DNA of 64,000 bases, taken from Candidatus Hadarchaeales archaeon. Lineage in GTDB: Archaea; Hadarchaeota; Hadarchaeia; Hadarchaeales; WYZ-LMO6. Numbering within the stretch: the first letter of the stretch is position 1; each line of letters opens with the position of its first letter. The stretch spans positions 14,409-78,408 of the forward strand of contig JAWCKR010000005.1 in the NCBI GenBank assembly GCA_038851755.1, given 5' to 3'. The position numbers were made by a program, and so were the translations under genes. Below are positions 59,434 to 64,000 of the stretch, in pieces. The notes beneath the pieces were generated by a model that saw only the letters and a list, made by a program, of their open reading frames with translations, searched no databases and was not told the DNA's origin.

Positions 59434-60630
59434 TCAGCCCCTGTCCAGCCCGAAGAGGCTGACGCTCACCACGCTCATGGCGGGGAACCCGCCCAGGTTG
59501 TGGGTAAGCCCCAACCGAGGGTCCCTGAGCTGCCTGGGCCCTGCCTTCCCCTGCAGCTGCTTGTAGACCTCGTAGGCCATACGGAGGCCCGAGGCCCCTA
59601 TGGGGTGCCCGAAGCACTTCAGGCCCCCGTCCGGCTGACAGGGCAGCTCCCCCTCCAGGTCGAAGAACCCGGCTTCCACGTCCTCCGCCGCCTTCCCCCT
59701 GGGAGAGATCCCCAGGTCCTCGTAGGTGACCAGCTCCGTGATGGAGAAGCAGTCGTGCACCTCCAGCAGGTCGAGTTCCCTCCGGGGATCCCGCACCCCC
59801 GCCTCCTGGTAGGCCCTCCTGGCCGCCCTCATCGTGGTCTCCACGTGGGCCCCATCCCACCTGTAGAGCAGTTCCTCCCCGGAGGAGGTGGCCACCTGCA
59901 TGGCCTTCACGTAGACCGGATCCTCCCTGTACTCCCTCGCCCTCTCAGCCCTCACCACGATGGCCGCCGCCGCCCCGTCGCTCACCCCGCAGCAGTCGTA
60001 GAGGCCCAGGGGCCAGGCGATGATGGGTGCCCCCAGCACATCCTCCACCCTGATCTCCCTCCTGAGGTGGGCCTTGGGGTTCTTCGCCCCGTTCCTGTGG
60101 CTCTTCACCGAAATCCTCGCCAGCACCTCCCTTCCCCTCTCCGGGCTCAGCCCGTACCTGTCGAAGTACCTGACCGCCATCATGGCGAAGGCTCCCGGAG
60201 CCGTGACGTTGGGAAAGATGAGCCTGTTCCTGGCCCCCATCCCGGACCCGAACTCGGGCAACCCCCCGTACCCTATGTCCTTGAGCTTCTCCACCCCCAG
60301 GGCCAGGGCCACCTCACATGCCCCCGAAGCCACGGCATAGCAGGCTGCCCTGAGGGCCTCCGAACCCGTGGCGCAGAAGTTCTCCACCCTGGTCACGGGG
60401 ATGAAGGGGAGCTTCAGGGAGACGGAGAGGGGCAGGGCACTCTTCCCCGTGGAGACCTCGTCGAAGCAGGTCCCCAGCCAGGCCATCTCTATGTCCTCCT
60501 TCTCCATCCCGGCGTCCGCCAGCGCCTCCTGGAAGGCCTCCACGATCAGGTCCTCGTAACCGGCGTCCCACCTCTCCCCGAACCGGGTGCAGCCCATCCC
60601 CACGATGGCCACCTTATCCCTGATCCCCAT
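59434..60630 (-). CDS. SCP2-type thiolase (acetyl-CoA acetyltransferase)
   Basis: ENFCATGS, GVEK, VHDCF, GHPIGASG, THNLGG. Confidence 0.93.
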   Translation of the reverse strand: MGIRDKVAIVGMGCTRFGERWDAGYEDLIVEAFQEALADAGMEKEDIEMAWLGTCFDEVSTGKSALPLSVSLKLPFIPVTRVENFCATGSEALRAACYAVASGACEVALALGVEKLKDIGYGGLPEFGSGMGARNRLIFPNVTAPGAFAMMAVRYFDRYGLSPERGREVLARISVKSHRNGAKNPKAHLRREIRVEDVLGAPIIAWPLGLYDCCGVSDGAAAAIVVRAERAREYREDPVYVKAMQVATSSGEELLYRWDGAHVETTMRAARRAYQEAGVRDPRRELDLLEVHDCFSITELVTYEDLGISPRGKAAEDVEAGFFDLEGELPCQPDGGLKCFGHPIGASGLRMAYEVYKQLQGKAGPRQLRDPRLGLTHNLGGFPAMSVVSVSLFGLDRG

Positions 60631-62044
60631 CCTTCCCCTCCGGAACCGCCTTCCAGAAGTATCCCGCTATTCCCCTCAAGCGATCGACGTACTTCCTCCT
60701 GAAGCTCATCCTCACGGGGGCTCCCACCTTCAGCTCACCCTGTTCGCAGTCGGTGAAGTCGAACCAGAACCTCCCCCCTCCCTCGAAGTCCACGATGCCA
60801 TAGATGGCCGGTCTGTCCACGGAGAAAGCCAGCATGTCCTCCGTGTAGCTGAAGACCCTCCCCCTCCTCTCCGAGAACCTGTAGGGTTCCAGGTCCATCC
60901 CCCCGCAGGACACGCACACCCTCTGGGGGGGATACTGGGGGGTGCCGCAGGCCCTGCATCTGGAGCCCACGAGACCCAGGATGGCCCTCCTCTCCCTCCA
61001 GGCCAGCGAGAGGGAGGTGGGGGCCACTTCCTCTCCCCTCATCCCTTTTTCCGCAGGTACCATCTCCCTCCAGGTCAGGTACTTCTCGTAGCTCCTCAGT
61101 TCCTTCCTCCTGGCCAGGGCCCTCTCCACCTTCTTCTCCTTCAGCCCCCCCGTGACCGTGAAGAGGAAGGAATCGCTTCCCGCCCCGTATCCTGCCATCA
61201 CCACCTTCTCCCCCTCCCTGGCCCCCTCCAGGGCCGCCACCAGGAGGAGGAGGGGGTAGGAGGCCCCCGTGTTGCCCACCTGCTCGAAGAGGCTAGGCTG
61301 GAGCTGCCCCTCCGAGAAGCCCATCTCCCTCGCCAGCCGGGGGTGGTCGCGGGGGAAGAGGGCGGGAAAGGCCAACCTCGAGACCTGCTGGGGGCTGAGG
61401 CCATGGTTCCTGAGCAATCCCTCCACGGAGAGGCGGAGGAAGCGGAAGTATCCCTCCTCCCTTACCCACCGATCCTCCCACGAGCGGGTGAAGGTCTCCC
61501 CCCCCAGCCTCCAGTGGTCCGGGAAGTCGAAGGAAAGGGTGTGGAAGCCCTCGAGCCTAGCCACCCCCTCCTCGCCCACCAGCAAAGCTGCTGCGGCGTC
61601 CCCGTACATCGCCTCCTGCGTGCTTCCCGCCCTGCCCATCCTGCAGTCGGAGGCCACCACCAGAACCCTCCCCCCTCCTTCCGCCTCCCTGAAGGCCGAG
61701 AGAAGGGCCCTGGTGCCCGCCGCCGGTGATCCCGTGAAGTCCACTGTCCTCACTCCCTCCTCCAGGTCCAGCGCCGTGGCCAGGATTCCGGCGTTCATCC
61801 TTTCCGAGTGAGGAGGAGTGGTGGTGGCGAAGTAAACGGCCCTTATCCCCTCCCTTTCCCCTCCCAGACAATCCCTGGCTGCCTCCACCCCCATCGTGAG
61901 GCTGTCCTCGTCCCAGTTGGCCACCGTCCTTTCCCCGGGCAGGAGGGCCGCGGGGTTGAGCCAGGAGGCCACAGCCTCGTACATAACGGCCCTGTCCATC
62001 CTGTACCTGGGGAGATAAACTCCGCAGGAGGAGATCCCCACCAC
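60614..62044 (-). CDS. HMG-CoA-synthase-like domain fused to DUF35 Zn-ribbon/OB-fold
   Basis: DEDSLTM, VGNTG, GYGAGSD; C-terminal GSRCRACG..YPP..VCVSC, GRVFSYT, YFWKA. Confidence 0.88.
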   Translation of the reverse strand: MVGISSCGVYLPRYRMDRAVMYEAVASWLNPAALLPGERTVANWDEDSLTMGVEAARDCLGGEREGIRAVYFATTTPPHSERMNAGILATALDLEEGVRTVDFTGSPAAGTRALLSAFREAEGGGRVLVVASDCRMGRAGSTQEAMYGDAAAALLVGEEGVARLEGFHTLSFDFPDHWRLGGETFTRSWEDRWVREEGYFRFLRLSVEGLLRNHGLSPQQVSRLAFPALFPRDHPRLAREMGFSEGQLQPSLFEQVGNTGASYPLLLLVAALEGAREGEKVVMAGYGAGSDSFLFTVTGGLKEKKVERALARRKELRSYEKYLTWREMVPAEKGMRGEEVAPTSLSLAWRERRAILGLVGSRCRACGTPQYPPQRVCVSCGGMDLEPYRFSERRGRVFSYTEDMLAFSVDRPAIYGIVDFEGGGRFWFDFTDCEQGELKVGAPVRMSFRRKYVDRLRGIAGYFWKAVPEGKDGDQG

Positions 62045-62088
62045 CGGAATCTTTCTTCCTCTTCCTCGAAGGATAAAAGTTTAGACCC

Positions 62089-63204
62089 TCAGACCACGCC
62101 CTTCCTCTTCATCTCCTCCACTTCGCCCTCCGTGTAGCCGAGCTCCTTCAGGACCTCCTCCGTGTGCTCTCCCAGGGAGGGGGCCCTCCTCCTCGGTCTG
62201 TACGGGCAGAGGGAGGATCTGAAGGGAAAACCGAGCTCCCTCCTTCCCCCCTCCTCCACCACCATCCCCGTTTCCCTCACCTGAGGATCCGAGAAGACCT
62301 CCTCCAGGGAGCAGACGGGGGCCGCCGGCACATCAGCCTCCGCCAGGATCCTGAACCACTCCTCCCTGGTCCTGGTCTGGAAGATCCTCCGGAAGGCTTC
62401 GAAGATTTCCTCCCTCTTCCCGGGATCCCACTGATGATCCCCATACTCCTCCTTCCCAAGCGCCCTGCACAGCCTCCTCCAGAAACCCTCCTCCAGGCAG
62501 CCCACGCTGAGGTACTTCCCGTCCGAGGTGCGGTAGACCGTGTAGCAGGGAAAGCGGCCCAGGAGGGGGAGGGTCTCCCCGCTCACCTCCCATCCCTCCA
62601 GGTGAAGGGAGGAGGGAAGGGTGAGGAAGAAAAGGGAGGCACCGAGCAAGGAGAGCTCGAGATGCTGACCCTTTCCCGTCCTCTCCCTCTGGAGGAGGGC
62701 GGAGAGGATGGCCACGGTGGCCAGGAGGCAGCCCCCCACATCGGCAATCTGAACCCCTGGCACCACGGGTCTTCCCTCCGCGTCCCTCGTCAGGCCCAGG
62801 ATGCCGCCGATGGAGATGTAGTTGATGTCGTGCCCGGGAAGTCCGCGGTAGGGTCCCCTCCCCCCGTAGCCCGAGATGGAACAGTAGATGAGCCCCGGGT
62901 TCACCCTGTTCAGGGCAGGATAATCCAGCCCCCACTCCTCCATCACCCCGGGCCTGAAGTTCTCCACCAGCACGTCGCTCCTCTCCACCAGCCTGTGGAG
63001 CACCTCCCTTCCCGCGGGGGACTGGAGGTTGAGGGTGAGGCTCCTCTTGTTCCTGTTGATGGCGGAGAAGTAAGGAGGAAGGGTGCGAGCGTAATCCCCC
63101 CTCCCAGGTTCCTCCACCTTGATCACGTCGGCCCCCAGGTCGGCCAGCAGGGTGGTGAAGGGCAGATACCTCGTGAGGTCCACTACCCTTATTCCTTCCA
63201 GCAC
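62089..63204 (-). CDS. CaiB/BaiF family III CoA-transferase
   Basis: LEGIRVVDLT, LADLGADVIKVE, NRNKRS, ENFRPG, GHDINY, APSLGEHT. Confidence 0.94.
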   Translation of the reverse strand: MLEGIRVVDLTRYLPFTTLLADLGADVIKVEEPGRGDYARTLPPYFSAINRNKRSLTLNLQSPAGREVLHRLVERSDVLVENFRPGVMEEWGLDYPALNRVNPGLIYCSISGYGGRGPYRGLPGHDINYISIGGILGLTRDAEGRPVVPGVQIADVGGCLLATVAILSALLQRERTGKGQHLELSLLGASLFFLTLPSSLHLEGWEVSGETLPLLGRFPCYTVYRTSDGKYLSVGCLEEGFWRRLCRALGKEEYGDHQWDPGKREEIFEAFRRIFQTRTREEWFRILAEADVPAAPVCSLEEVFSDPQVRETGMVVEEGGRRELGFPFRSSLCPYRPRRRAPSLGEHTEEVLKELGYTEGEVEEMKRKGVV

Positions 63205-63211
63205 TTCCAGC

Positions 63212-63733
63212 CTACCACCTGAAGAGCTCCGGATGCTGGCGGGCGAGCTCGTAGTACCCCATCGCCCCCGCCTCCGCCCTGGCCCTCTGCTCCTCCTGAT
63301 CCAGCTCCTTCACCAGCTTGGCGGGAACACCGGCGAACATGGTCCCGGGGGGAACCTCGGTTCCTTCCCTCACCACCGAACCCGCAGCGATGATGGAGTT
63401 CCTCCCTATCCTGGCTCCGTTGAGGATGACGGATCCTATTCCCACCAGCACGTGGTCCTCCACCCGAGCCCCGTGGATCACGGCCCCGTGCCCCACCGTC
63501 ACGTAGTCCCCCACCGAGACCTCCCCGGTCATGTCCGTGTGGAGCACGCAGTTGTCCTGGATGCTCGTGAACCTTCCCACCCTCACCGGGTTCAGGTCAC
63601 CCCTCAGGACGGCACCAGGCCAAACGCTGGCACCCTCCCCCACCTCCACCTCTCCCACGAGGCAGGCGAGGGGAGACACTAGGGCACCGGGATGGATCAG
63701 GGGCTTTTTCCCCCCGAAGGTGTAGAGAGGCAT
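63212..63733 (-). CDS. Gamma-carbonic-anhydrase-family protein (CaiE/PaaY-like)
   Basis: AVLRGD, IQDNCVLH, TVGHGAVIHG, hexapeptide repeats. Confidence 0.92.
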   Translation of the reverse strand: MPLYTFGGKKPLIHPGALVSPLACLVGEVEVGEGASVWPGAVLRGDLNPVRVGRFTSIQDNCVLHTDMTGEVSVGDYVTVGHGAVIHGARVEDHVLVGIGSVILNGARIGRNSIIAAGSVVREGTEVPPGTMFAGVPAKLVKELDQEEQRARAEAGAMGYYELARQHPELFRW

Positions 63734-63819
63734 CAAGGGTATTCTTCTCCTCACCTTAAACCTTCTTCCGCCACCCGCCACCCAAGCTTAATTTAGCCGA
63801 GGGGGGAAGAGGATATGGT

Positions 63820-63897
63820 GCCCCGGTGGTGTAGACCGGTCAATCATACAGCCCTTTCGAGGCTGTGACATGGGTTCAAATCCCATCCGGGGCACCA
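63820..63897 (+). tRNA. tRNA-Glu(UUC), CCA encoded
   Basis: GCCCCGG/CCGGGGC acceptor, CAGCC-CTTTCGA-GGCTG anticodon arm, GGTTCAAATCC T arm. Confidence 0.96.
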
Positions 63898-64000
63898 GTT
63901 TTCAGTTGCATCGAGCTTATTTTTCTTCTTCATAAACAACTATCACATGAAGCCTTAGCGGGATGATAAACAATAATGTGGAACTAACCGACCTCTTAAC

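Overview
GC-rich, gene-dense chromosomal segment of an archaeon, probably a thermophilic anaerobe. Archaeal markers are RadA, multi-OB RPA, eS1, Rpo7/Spt4, Dph5, class I LysRS, 7S SRP RNA, an intron-containing tRNA-Thr, FBP aldolase/phosphatase and the archaeal riboflavin operon. A Hadarchaeota-like euryarchaeal lineage is a guess, not established. Most of the window is housekeeping. It also holds a NuoEF/HydBC flavoprotein module with a divergent MtdB-type fusion gene, a CooC-CooT-FmdE-ABC cluster with a NikR-like operator, split LigD modules, an XPD-XPF pair and an acyl-CoA catabolic operon. There is no CRISPR array, transposase or integrase. The most unusual signals are non-coding: a three-way-junction RNA leader ahead of a CxxC-x17-CxxC microprotein (25880-25941), a ~200-nt multibranch leader ahead of dnaG (59172-59380), a weaker third candidate leader and several perfect palindromic operators. 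All calls come from reading motifs by eye; no searches or folding programs were run. Several start codons were re-assigned from the ORF track.
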